Part shown: in pieces, positions 55,940 to 64,000 of the stretch
Position numbering within the stretch: the first letter of the stretch is position 1
How the letters are laid out: the number at the start of each line of letters is the position of its first letter
Assembly (NCBI GenBank): GCA_040882355.1
Contig: JBBEBM010000067.1
Coordinates: 1-64,000 of the forward strand
Source: Dehalococcoidia bacterium
Lineage (GTDB): Bacteria > Chloroflexota > Dehalococcoidia > DSTF01 > RBG-16-68-14
DNA length: 64,000 bases
Direction of reading: 5' to 3'
The notes under the pieces: generated by a model
Told to the model about the DNA's origin: nothing
The model's database searches: none
What the model saw: the letters and a program-made list of their open reading frames with translations, nothing else
Translations under genes and position numbers: made by a program

Positions 55940-57208
55940 CTAACGAACGGGTAGCCCCGGCGCCGGGAACGACCCGCAGAGCTCCCGTACTTCCTCCTGC
56001 ACCCTCCGGGCGACGTCCTCGTCGTTGGGCGCGGCGATGACTTCGTCCATCCATGCCGCGATCCGGCGCATCTCGCCCTCCTTCATCCCGCGCGACGTGA
56101 CCGCGGGCGTGCCGAGCCGGATGCCGCTGGGGTTGAAGGGTTTGCGGGAATCGTTCGGGATCGCGTTCTTGTTGCAGACGATGCCCGCCCGGTCGAGCGC
56201 CTCGGCGGCCTTCTTGCCAAAGACGCCCTTGCTGGTCAGGTCGATCAGGACGAGGTGGTTGTCGGTGCCGCCGGAGATGAGCGCGAAGCCGCGCTCCAGC
56301 AGCTCGCCGGCCAGGGCCTTCGCGTTGCGCACCACCTGCTGCGCGTACGCGCGGAACTCGTCCGTCGCCGCTTCGTGCAGGGCGACGCCGATGGCCGCTG
56401 TGGTGTGGTTGTGAGGCCCGCCCTGGAGCGCGGGGAACACCGCCCGGTCAACGGCGGCGGCGTGCTCCTCACGGCAGAGGACCATCGCGCCGCGAGGGCC
56501 CCGCAGCGTCTTGTGCGTCGTCGTGGTGACGGCGTCCGCGTGGGGCACCGGGTCCGGATGGACGCCCGCGACGATCAGGCCCGCGATGTGCGAGACGTCG
56601 GCGAGCAGATAGGCGTCCACCTCCCGCGCGATCTCGCCGAACGCCTGAAAGTCGATCTCGCGCGGGTACGCCGTCGCGCCGCACACGATGATCTTCGGGC
56701 GCTCCTTGCGCGCGATCTCGCGCATAAGGTCGTAATCGATGAGATGCGTCTCCGGATGAACGCCGTACGCGATCGCGCGGTAGAAGCGCGCCGAGAAGTT
56801 GACGTTGGCGCCGTGGGTGAGGTGGCCGCCGTCGGGCAGGCCCATGCCCAGGATCGTCTCGCCGGGCTGGAGGAGCGCGTAGTAGACGGCCATGTTCGCA
56901 GGCGAGCCTGAGTACGGCTGGACGTTCGCGTGTTCCGCGCCGAAGAGCTGCTTCGCCCGTTCCTGCACCAACGTCTCCAGCCGGTCGACGTTGCGCTGAC
57001 CCTCGTAGTAGCGCTTGCCCGGGTAGCCTTCCGAGTACTTGTTGGCGAAGACCGAGGCCGTCGCCTGCAGCACAGCAGCCGAAGCGTAGTTCTCCGACGG
57101 GATCAGCCGGACCGACTCCGCCTGATAGCGCTCTTCGTCCTCGATGAGCTGCGCTATCTCCGGGTCGGTCTTCGCCAGGGCCAGCCTGCTCTGCTCAAGC
57201 TCCAGCAT
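55940..57208 (-). CDS. glyA: Serine hydroxymethyltransferase
   Basis: LIPSEN, NKYSEGYPG.RYY, TTTHKTLRGPRG, SGIRLGTPA. Confidence 0.97.
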   Translation of the reverse strand: MLELEQSRLALAKTDPEIAQLIEDEERYQAESVRLIPSENYASAAVLQATASVFANKYSEGYPGKRYYEGQRNVDRLETLVQERAKQLFGAEHANVQPYSGSPANMAVYYALLQPGETILGMGLPDGGHLTHGANVNFSARFYRAIAYGVHPETHLIDYDLMREIARKERPKIIVCGATAYPREIDFQAFGEIAREVDAYLLADVSHIAGLIVAGVHPDPVPHADAVTTTTHKTLRGPRGAMVLCREEHAAAVDRAVFPALQGGPHNHTTAAIGVALHEAATDEFRAYAQQVVRNAKALAGELLERGFALISGGTDNHLVLIDLTSKGVFGKKAAEALDRAGIVCNKNAIPNDSRKPFNPSGIRLGTPAVTSRGMKEGEMRRIAAWMDEVIAAPNDEDVARRVQEEVRELCGSFPAPGLPVR

Positions 57209-57465
57209 GGTGCGCTCCTTCCTGCCCTAGAATAACGAATGAGCCACGTCCCGGGCGGGCGTGGCTCGCGATGCGCGCGCAGTCGCTCCGCCCTTACTCT
57301 GGACGGTACATTCCTCCGATGGCGATGATGCGGATACGGTGCACGCGGTCACCTCTTGCGGAGGCAGTCTAACGAAGGGCCGAACGCGCTGTCAATCCGT
57401 CTGATCGAGCGGTAGTGGGTCAGTTTGAAGTTGACGATGCTTGAGCGGCCTGCTACCGTCGAGGT

Positions 57466-57684
57466 ATGACGAAGCGCTCCAAGAAGCCCGCCGACGTGAA
57501 TGCGCTGGCCGCGTCCATCGTGGCTGAGGCGACGGACGAGGCGGAGCCTGAGCCAGTCAGCCAGCATGCAGAGGCGGGGCGGCTAGGCGGGTTGAAAGGC
57601 GGCAAGGCCAGGGCTAAGAAGTTGAGCGCGCAGAGGCGTTCCGAGATCGCGAAGAAGGCCGCTGCGGCCCGCTGGCGGCGTTAG
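57466..57684 (+). CDS. Small basic IS-associated protein
   Basis: PADVNALA..IV, GRLGGLKGGKARA.KLS..RRSEIAKKAA.ARW. Confidence 0.8.
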   Translation: MTKRSKKPADVNALAASIVAEATDEAEPEPVSQHAEAGRLGGLKGGKARAKKLSAQRRSEIAKKAAAARWRR

Positions 57685-57991
57685 TGATCGTGCTCGATGG
57701 GTCCGGACCGAGCGAAATCTCGCCTATATCCCGTTCGTAGTCTTGAACCTTCTCCGAGAGTATCTTGGCGAGCGCCTTTGCATGCTGCGGCGATAGTTGA
57801 ATTCTGCAAATCTCGTGCATCTCAGGTGTGCCCTTGGCACCGATTCCAATCTGCCCAAGAAGCAGCGTCACATCGAACACCGCAGTCAGAATTCGAATCT
57901 GATTGGGGGCATAGGTTGGAGCTTCGGGATTCCCAATCAAGTCTGGCATCTTGAATTCTTCCTGCTGCGCGGCTCCACGACGTGTCGCCAT
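57614..57991 (-). CDS. DUF3467-like protein
   Basis: YA...I....FDV.L.LGQ, I.LSPQHAKAL...L...V..YE...GEI. Confidence 0.7.
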   Translation of the reverse strand: MATRRGAAQQEEFKMPDLIGNPEAPTYAPNQIRILTAVFDVTLLLGQIGIGAKGTPEMHEICRIQLSPQHAKALAKILSEKVQDYERDIGEISLGPDPSSTITNAASGPQRPSSRSRNASARSTS

Positions 57992-57996
57992 TTGCC

Positions 57997-58545
57997 CTAC
58001 CTCCTTCCAACCGAGGCCATCTTCATTGGCGTCGGCGGCCTAGTCTCACCGGTCGCACTCGGCGTCCGGCGACTCGCGTAGTCAGCCAGATAAGTCACGT
58101 CTGGTTCAAAGCCCTTTCCCAACCGAAGCTGGCCTTCGGCCGTGGCGCTGCGCTTGGGCGTCGGCCTATCCTCCGCCTGCATTTTCTTCAAAGCGGTGTC
58201 ACGCTCGTATCGTGGCACCGATATGTCGATAGCGCTCATGCGGTCATGAAATTCTGCCAGCCTGCTGAACGGTTCAAAGCGAATTGCCAGAGATACGTCG
58301 AATGCGTCCGCAAGCCTCTCTAGCGTCGCCACGCTGTAGTTTGCGTATCCCGCGAGGTACTTCGAGATGAGGGGTTGCTTGAATTCGGCATGGCGTGCAA
58401 GGTCAGTCTGAGACCAACCTTCATGCTCCATCATGATTCTGAGCTGAGTCGAGACAATATTACCGATGTCGGCGTGTCGTAGCGCTCGACGAAATTCGAG
58501 GCTGTCTAGATTCCTGGCAAGCTCGGCCCGCGTACTACTCGACAT
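57997..58545 (-). CDS. XRE-family HTH antitoxin-like protein with C-terminal extension
   Basis: GWSQTDLA..A..KQP.IS, TLERLA.AFDV.L.IRF. Confidence 0.8.
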   Translation of the reverse strand: MSSSTRAELARNLDSLEFRRALRHADIGNIVSTQLRIMMEHEGWSQTDLARHAEFKQPLISKYLAGYANYSVATLERLADAFDVSLAIRFEPFSRLAEFHDRMSAIDISVPRYERDTALKKMQAEDRPTPKRSATAEGQLRLGKGFEPDVTYLADYASRRTPSATGETRPPTPMKMASVGRR

Positions 58546-58939
58546 GGGCAACCACCTTGGCTTCTCCTGTAACGATTAGCCTCCTCCTTTCAAGGGCAAG
58601 CTCCATGCCTTCCTTCATAGGCGCGTCGGTATCATGAATCCAGCCAGCGAGGAAGATGTACGTACCCCTTGCCGTCCCCCGGCAGGCACCAAGCCTATAC
58701 CTGAGTTTCCTCCGGCCGGGACGCGGCGCAAATGAGACCTTGAATTCGTGAAGCCCGCGATACCTCCCCCGGAGCGCTTGATACCCGGCTTGGTCTCGCC
58801 AGCGGCGTATGGCCAGGTTCTCAAGAAGGCTGAGCAGGGCGACGAACGAACCGCGAACCCCACCTCCCTGCCCCTGAAGCCACTGCTGTACAACGTTGGT
58901 GCCGTCAATCTCACAATCCTTGAACGTCGCGTACGCCAC
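58535..58939 (-). CDS. RelE/HigB (Gp49-like) toxin
   Basis: G...VQQWL, L.G...GLHEFK, YR, A.ERR; overlaps downstream HTH gene in HigBA order. Confidence 0.65.
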   Translation of the reverse strand: MAYATFKDCEIDGTNVVQQWLQGQGGGVRGSFVALLSLLENLAIRRWRDQAGYQALRGRYRGLHEFKVSFAPRPGRRKLRYRLGACRGTARGTYIFLAGWIHDTDAPMKEGMELALERRRLIVTGEAKVVAHVE

Positions 58940-59015
58940 AGCCTATCACATTTTCCTTATTCGTGCCCGGCGGTGAGTGCTATAATGTTTTTCTGATATT
59001 GGCTCGCCGAAACCC

Positions 59016-59044
59016 TTGACACAAGAGGTGCGGTCAAGCATAAT
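59016..59044 (+). promoter_or_regulatory. Transposase promoter, probably leaderless
   Basis: TTGACA-17 nt-CATAAT, ending 7 nt before ATG 59052. Confidence 0.6.
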
Positions 59045-59051
59045 GGACAGT

Positions 59052-59903
59052 ATGAACAGGCTCAGTCCAGAACGTCGGGCACAGGTGATTCGGGCGCTAG
59101 TCGAGGGGAATTCGATTCGCTCCACCTGTCGCATGACCGGCGCTGCCAAGGGCACCGTCCTCAAGCTCCTAGCCGACATAGGCGAGGTCTGCCGCGCATA
59201 CCAGGACGCTCACATGAAGAACCTCTACGCTCGCCGCGTCCAGTGTGACGAAATCTGGAGCTTCTGTCACGCGAAGGCCAAGAACGTGCCTGAGGAGCAC
59301 ACGGGCGAGTTCGGCTATGGCGACGTGTGGACGTGGACGGCCATCGACGCCGACTCCAAGCTCGTGCTGTCCTGGGCCATCGGCGGGCGGGACAGCTACA
59401 CGGCCCTGGCCTTCATGCAGGACGTAGCCCGCCGTCTGGCGCAACGTGTCCAGCTAACGACGGACGGCCACAAGGTCTACCTAGACGCCGTTGAGCGGGC
59501 CTTCGGCTCGAACATCGACTACGCCATGCTGGTGAAGGTCTACGGTGGTGGTGAGGAGCCTGAGAAGCGCTACAGCCCGGCAACGTGCGTGGGTGCGAAC
59601 CCCCAGCCTATTCAGGGAAACCCGGACCCAAAGCACGTCAGCACGAGCTACGTTGAGCGGCAGAACCTCACCATGCGAATGAGCATGCGCCGGTTCACCC
59701 GGCTAACCAACGCCTTCTCCAAGAAGGTTCAGAACCTTGGCCACGCCGTAGCGCTCCACTTCATGTCCTACAACTTCTGCCGCCGTCACCAGACACTCGG
59801 CATGTCGCCCGCGATGGCAGCGGGCATCGAGGATCACGAGTGGACGGTCGATGAGCTTGTGGCGCTGCTCGAAGCGAGCGAGAATCAGGACGGGTCAAAC
59901 TGA
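59052..59903 (+). CDS. IS1-family DDE transposase, single ORF
   Basis: N-terminal HTH (EGNSIR), QCDEIWSF, TTDG, ERQNLTMR..RF.R.T.AFSKK; stop lies within right IR. Confidence 0.92.
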   Translation: MNRLSPERRAQVIRALVEGNSIRSTCRMTGAAKGTVLKLLADIGEVCRAYQDAHMKNLYARRVQCDEIWSFCHAKAKNVPEEHTGEFGYGDVWTWTAIDADSKLVLSWAIGGRDSYTALAFMQDVARRLAQRVQLTTDGHKVYLDAVERAFGSNIDYAMLVKVYGGGEEPEKRYSPATCVGANPQPIQGNPDPKHVSTSYVERQNLTMRMSMRRFTRLTNAFSKKVQNLGHAVALHFMSYNFCRRHQTLGMSPAMAAGIEDHEWTVDELVALLEASENQDGSN

Positions 59904-59907
59904 CCCA

Positions 59908-61533
59908 CTACCGGTCGAGCGTATCCGTGCGCTCATACAGCAGGAAGAGGCCGTTATCGAGCACGGGGGTATACCCGTCCTCGATGAACCCGCTGAGGGC
60001 CGGGAAGTCGTCGCGGAGATACTCGTCCGAGGTCTGGGTCGTGCCGGTGAGCCAGGGCTGGTTGTCACCCCTGGCGACGGCGAAGAAGCGTGGCGGCGTG
60101 GCCTCGAGGTCTTCCATCAGCTCGTCGCGCCACGACTGCGGCGACCAGGTCGCGCGCAGGCCCGAGTTGACGATGAAGGGGCTGACGAGCGGGCGGTCCA
60201 GCCAGAAGTAGGTCTGCGGCCAGACCCCCCAGACGAAGAGCAGGTCATCGTCGTCGCCGCGCTCGCGCGCGTAGTCGACGATCTCATGGTTCGGCGCGTA
60301 GAGCGGGTAGTAGTGCGCCTCCACGTCGCGGCGGCTCAGCGATCCGTCCGCGTAGCTGCCCAACGCGCGATAGTCGTCGTAGGTGTCGAGCAGCGGCTGG
60401 AAGGCGAGGACGGCCAGGCCGCCGGCCAGCAGCGCAGCGGCGCCCCATGCCTGCGCGCGCGGCAGCGGCTGGAACAGCGATACGGACTCGTCGATGGCGT
60501 AGCCGGCGAGGAGCGCGAGCGGCGGGAGCGTGGCCAGCCAGTGGTAGTGAAACATCTTCCCCTGCCACCAGACACCCCCCAGCGCCAGCAGCGCGAGCAG
60601 CGCGAGCAGGAAGGCGCCTCGCGCTTTCGCGGGGCGGTAGGCGGCGAAGAAGAGGGCGGCCCCGGCGGGCACGACGATGAACGCCACGTCTCTGGTCCAG
60701 GCGGCCGTGCTGACCAGAAGGAACCGTGCGTGCGATCCCTCGGCGCCGCCCCAGCGGAACGCGTTGTACGGCCCCGTATAGTTGCGCTGGACATCGATGA
60801 AGTCGTCCAGGACACCGCCGCCGGCCATGTAGGCGAGCAGCGCGACCGGCACGACCAGGAAGCCAGCAGCCGTGATCGCCAGGCGCCGCGCGCGCCCCCG
60901 CAGCGTCCAGCCTTCGGCGCGCCAGAGCAGCTCCGCCGCCGGCAGGCCCAGGACGAAGAGGACGGCCGTGGTCTTCAGGGCAAACGCGACACCGAGCAGG
61001 GCCCCCGCCGAGAACGCCCGCAATGCCACGCGGCCCCCGTCGCCGCTTCGAGGGTAGAGGAAGAAGGCGAACGCGAGCGGCGCCGCCATGAAGCTCTCCG
61101 TCTCGCCCAGGTCCGCGGGCGCCGTCCACGCGAGATAGGCGAAGGCGTAGATAGCCGCGGCGAAGACGCCTGCGCGTTCAGAGAAGTAGCGCCGGCCCAA
61201 GAAGAACACGCCGGCCATCGCGATGGCGACGTTGATCAGGTCCATGACGCGCACCGCCTCCATGTGCTCGCCCGCCAGCGCGAATGGAACGGCGTACAGG
61301 AGGTAGATCAACGGCGACTTCTGGTCCCAGAAGTCGCGGTAGAGCTGGTCGCCGTCCAGGATGGTGCGGGCGCCGAGCGCGAACCAGACCTGATCGGTCG
61401 CGAAGGGAATGATCAGGGTGGGGAGACCCAACACGAGAAGGAGGGCCAGGCCCGAGAGCGCGTAGACGAGCCAGCGCGGCAGCTCGCGCACGCCTTCCGT
61501 GGTCGCCGCCCAGGCGCGAGAGAGCGTCCTCAT
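59908..61533 (-). CDS. GT-C fold membrane glycosyltransferase (ArnT/PMT-like)
   Basis: DQ..F, YRD.WDQK.P, ETE.F, many TM helices. Confidence 0.8.
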   Translation of the reverse strand: MRTLSRAWAATTEGVRELPRWLVYALSGLALLLVLGLPTLIIPFATDQVWFALGARTILDGDQLYRDFWDQKSPLIYLLYAVPFALAGEHMEAVRVMDLINVAIAMAGVFFLGRRYFSERAGVFAAAIYAFAYLAWTAPADLGETESFMAAPLAFAFFLYPRSGDGGRVALRAFSAGALLGVAFALKTTAVLFVLGLPAAELLWRAEGWTLRGRARRLAITAAGFLVVPVALLAYMAGGGVLDDFIDVQRNYTGPYNAFRWGGAEGSHARFLLVSTAAWTRDVAFIVVPAGAALFFAAYRPAKARGAFLLALLALLALGGVWWQGKMFHYHWLATLPPLALLAGYAIDESVSLFQPLPRAQAWGAAALLAGGLAVLAFQPLLDTYDDYRALGSYADGSLSRRDVEAHYYPLYAPNHEIVDYARERGDDDDLLFVWGVWPQTYFWLDRPLVSPFIVNSGLRATWSPQSWRDELMEDLEATPPRFFAVARGDNQPWLTGTTQTSDEYLRDDFPALSGFIEDGYTPVLDNGLFLLYERTDTLDR

Positions 61534-61608
61534 CGCCGGAAATCGCCAGACCCGACCGAAAGTGGAGCCCGCATCGCCGCCAGCATAACAGCGGGTCTTG
61601 GGGGGGCG

Positions 61609-62745
61609 CTAGGACGGAGCGCTCTGTCCCAACACGCGCTGGTCTTCGTCCCGCCAGGCCGCCTCCGTCAGCGCCATCAGGCCCCCGGCGACGAGTGAGT
61701 GCCCGCCGAAGGTCACGGGAAGCGGCGCCTCTCGGGCGGCCTGCGTCAGCTCGCGCAGGAAGGGGTCTTCGATCCGCTCCGGACAACCCAGGTCCGACCA
61801 GAAGCGGTCGGCCCGCGACGCCTGCACGCCCAGGTGCGAGAGCAGCGGTCGGGTATCGATGCAGGCGATGTCGCCCAGCTCCGCCAGCGCTTCGAAGAAG
61901 CGGCGGCAGCCCACCTCGCGCAGGTGGAAGGAGAGGAGCGAACGCGCCAGGCCGGTTTCGTCGCGACCGGCCGCCTGCATGCCGCGCTCTTCCGAGTAGA
62001 CGCGCAGGCGGCACGCCGTCTCCTTCTCCAGGTGCGACCACACTTGGCTGCCGACGCGGCCCGACAGCAGCACCTCGGCGTTCGGGTCGACGAGGGAGAG
62101 CAGCAGGCGGCGGTACGGCTCGAGATCGGCCTCGAAGTCATCGAGGAATCGGGTCAGGCCAGGGCCGGCGCCGCCGGTGAGCTTGAGGATTGCCAGGTCG
62201 GCCGGCGAATCGATGTTGAACTGGGTCGCGCTGGAGCGCGGAAGCGGGCTGCTCTCCAGGCCCGCCTGATCGTGCAGCAGGCGCGGCAGGAAGTTGTCGC
62301 TCGCCGGGAGCTTGATGCGCTCCAGGGCGTCACCCGGCGTGAAGGCTACGAGGTCCGCTGAGAAGTAGTTGTTGCTGATGACGACGGCGTCGGCCCCGGC
62401 GAGATGGTGCGCGACCGCGGCGATGTCGGAGCCGCGCAGCAGCGGCACAGCGCCCGCGCCGGCGTAGACCGGCCGAACGAGGGCGCGCTCTCGAACGAGC
62501 GCGGCCAGCCGCCGGCCGAAGTGAAACGGCTCGCGGTCGACGTCGAGGGCCACACCCGCAGGCAGCCGGTCGGCGATCGCGGCGGCGTTGTCCGTAACCA
62601 GCACGGCTTCGGCGAACGCGCCGGTGGCGAGGGCCTCGTCGAGCAGGTCGAGCGCCGCTTCGGCGAGGGCGCGGCCAAGCTGGTCTTCGATGGCGCTGCC
62701 GCGCATCCCGCCCAGGAAGACGACGAGTGCGGGCGCGTCTGGCAC
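61609..62745 (-). CDS. Conserved hypothetical protein, possible CofC-like nucleotidyltransferase fold
   Basis: VLVTD, FHFG.RL, GAG.VPLL, FNIDSP.DL; start approximate. Confidence 0.6.
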   Translation of the reverse strand: MPDAPALVVFLGGMRGSAIEDQLGRALAEAALDLLDEALATGAFAEAVLVTDNAAAIADRLPAGVALDVDREPFHFGRRLAALVRERALVRPVYAGAGAVPLLRGSDIAAVAHHLAGADAVVISNNYFSADLVAFTPGDALERIKLPASDNFLPRLLHDQAGLESSPLPRSSATQFNIDSPADLAILKLTGGAGPGLTRFLDDFEADLEPYRRLLLSLVDPNAEVLLSGRVGSQVWSHLEKETACRLRVYSEERGMQAAGRDETGLARSLLSFHLREVGCRRFFEALAELGDIACIDTRPLLSHLGVQASRADRFWSDLGCPERIEDPFLRELTQAAREAPLPVTFGGHSLVAGGLMALTEAAWRDEDQRVLGQSAPS

Positions 62746-62770
62746 AGGGGGTATCCTGACGAGGGTCTCG

Positions 62771-63721
62771 TTACGCGTGAACGGGGGCGCGCTCGCGAAG
62801 CTGCTCGAGGCGCACCTTGGGGAGCAGGCGCTCCACCTCTTCGCGGGTGCAGAGCTGGGTGCCCGGCGAGAGACAAGAGGCGGCGCCGGCGGCGGTGCCC
62901 CAACGCAGGCCTTCCTCGAGACTCGCGCCCTCCTCCAGCTTGAGCAGCATGCCGGCCAGAAGCGCATCGCCGGCGCCGACAGCGCTGGCCACCACCGTCT
63001 CCGGCGGCCAGGCCCACCATGCGCCTTCCTTTGAGACAGCAACGGCGCCGCGGCCGCCAGCGGTGATCACGGCAGCGTCCGCGCCGTCCCGCATCTCCTC
63101 GGCGGCCAGCACGACGTCGCTATCCTCGTCCAGGTCCCGGCCAAGTAGCCGTTCCGCCTCGTGATGGTTCGCCTTCACCAACTCCGGACGCGCGCCGAGG
63201 CCCGCTCGAAGCGCGTCGGCATCCGCGTCGACCACCGTGTGCGCGCCGAGCTGGCGCCCGAGCTCGACGAGCTGGCCGTACTCGCCGGCCTCGATGGGCG
63301 GCGGAATGCTCCCGGCCATGACCAACCAGTCGCCCTCCGAGAGGTAGCGCCGCAGCCGCGTCTCCAGCGTCTGGACGTGACGCGGGTCGATGGTCGGTCC
63401 GCGATAGCTGAGCACGGTGGTCTCGTGGATGCTGTCGTCGACGACGGTGAGGTTGGTGCGGGTCTGGCCGCGCGTGTGGACGAAGTCGCACAGGATCCCC
63501 ATGTCGAGCAGCGAGTGCTCGATGAAGCGGCCCAGGCTGCCGGGCGCGAGTCCGGTCGCAAGGCTCTCGCGGCCCAGCTCGCGGAGCACCCGCGAGACGT
63601 TGATCCCCTTACCGCCCGGGTCGATCCTGCTGTCGCGCACGCGGTTGGTATCGCCGGGCGAGAACCGGTCCAGCACGAGGGTCTGGTCGACGGCGGGGTT
63701 GAGCGTGACGGTGACGATCAC
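62771..63721 (-). CDS. PfkB family 1-phosphofructokinase-like sugar kinase
   Basis: VTLNPAVD, GGKGINV, GSIP, VGAGDA. Confidence 0.93.
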   Translation of the reverse strand: MIVTVTLNPAVDQTLVLDRFSPGDTNRVRDSRIDPGGKGINVSRVLRELGRESLATGLAPGSLGRFIEHSLLDMGILCDFVHTRGQTRTNLTVVDDSIHETTVLSYRGPTIDPRHVQTLETRLRRYLSEGDWLVMAGSIPPPIEAGEYGQLVELGRQLGAHTVVDADADALRAGLGARPELVKANHHEAERLLGRDLDEDSDVVLAAEEMRDGADAAVITAGGRGAVAVSKEGAWWAWPPETVVASAVGAGDALLAGMLLKLEEGASLEEGLRWGTAAGAASCLSPGTQLCTREEVERLLPKVRLEQLRERAPVHA

Positions 63722-64000
63722 GAGAGCTCCGGGATGATCAGCGTGTAGTCGCCGTCCTGGCGCCGCTGGAGCAAGGCGAACTGGCGGCCGTCGTCCTCCA
63801 GAAAGAGGAAGTGGTCTTCGCTCGTGAGGCCCATCTGTTCGACCGCCTCGTCGACGGTCATCGGCTTAACCGAAACGTGGCGCACCTCGGCGATCTTGTC
63901 GAGCGTTCCTTCCTCCCTGTCGTCGGCGACTGCGACGCCTTCCGTCTCCGCCGACGCCTTCGATGCCTGGTTGCGCGCGCGGCCGTAGAGGCGCTCCTTG
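63718..64000 (-). CDS. hpf: Long-form ribosome hibernation promoting factor, C-terminal part (truncated by window edge)
   Basis: Manual translation KPMTVDEAVEQM..F.F...RRQDGDY.LIIPE; GTGA overlap with pfkB start. Confidence 0.85.
   Translation of the reverse strand, partial: KERLYGRARNQASKASAETEGVAVADDREEGTLDKIAEVRHVSVKPMTVDEAVEQMGLTSEDHFLFLEDDGRQFALLQRRQDGDYTLIIPELS

Larger units (their letters stand above)
57411..59912. mobile_element. IS1-family element with passenger genes (2502 bp)
   Basis: Perfect 18-bp IRs GGTAGTGGGTCAGTTTGA (57411-57428, 59895-59912); flanking 8-mers GATCGAGC / GGTCGAGC; transposase inside. Confidence 0.92.

Overview
A gene-dense, high-GC bacterial scaffold with one 10-N gap at 4436-4445. 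Gene content suggests Chloroflexota, probably Dehalococcoidia-like; this is an inference. Core genes: cysS-like, fabF, thyX, thrC, hom, rpsF-ssb-rpsR, glyA, hpf. A large heterotrophic catabolic set includes CoA-transferases, acyl-CoA dehydrogenase-fold enzymes, a thiolase/DUF35 pair, an LLM oxidoreductase, hydrolases, a sulfatase and PhoD. Main candidates for novelty: (1) a full-length cysteinyl-tRNA synthetase fused to a C-terminal GT2 glycosyltransferase domain, directly behind a glutaredoxin-like gene with an extra C-terminal Cys and next to a Cys-rich PadR-arsM-CC operon, possibly an undescribed glyco-thiol or Cys-tRNA-dependent pathway; (2) an intact 2.5-kb IS1-family element (18-bp perfect IRs, 8-bp near-perfect TSD) carrying RelE/HigB-like toxin + XRE antitoxin + DUF3467-like cargo and a small basic protein, with a shared operator-like motif; (3) two neighbouring secreted enzymes with the same duplicated dockerin-like SVGDIGxVVxxFG module; (4) several families of REP-like palindromes, three of which supply TAG stop codons; (5) ribosomal S18 with a long acidic N-terminal extension and several chimeric or deleted genes. 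Family assignments come from motif recognition by eye; no database searches were run.
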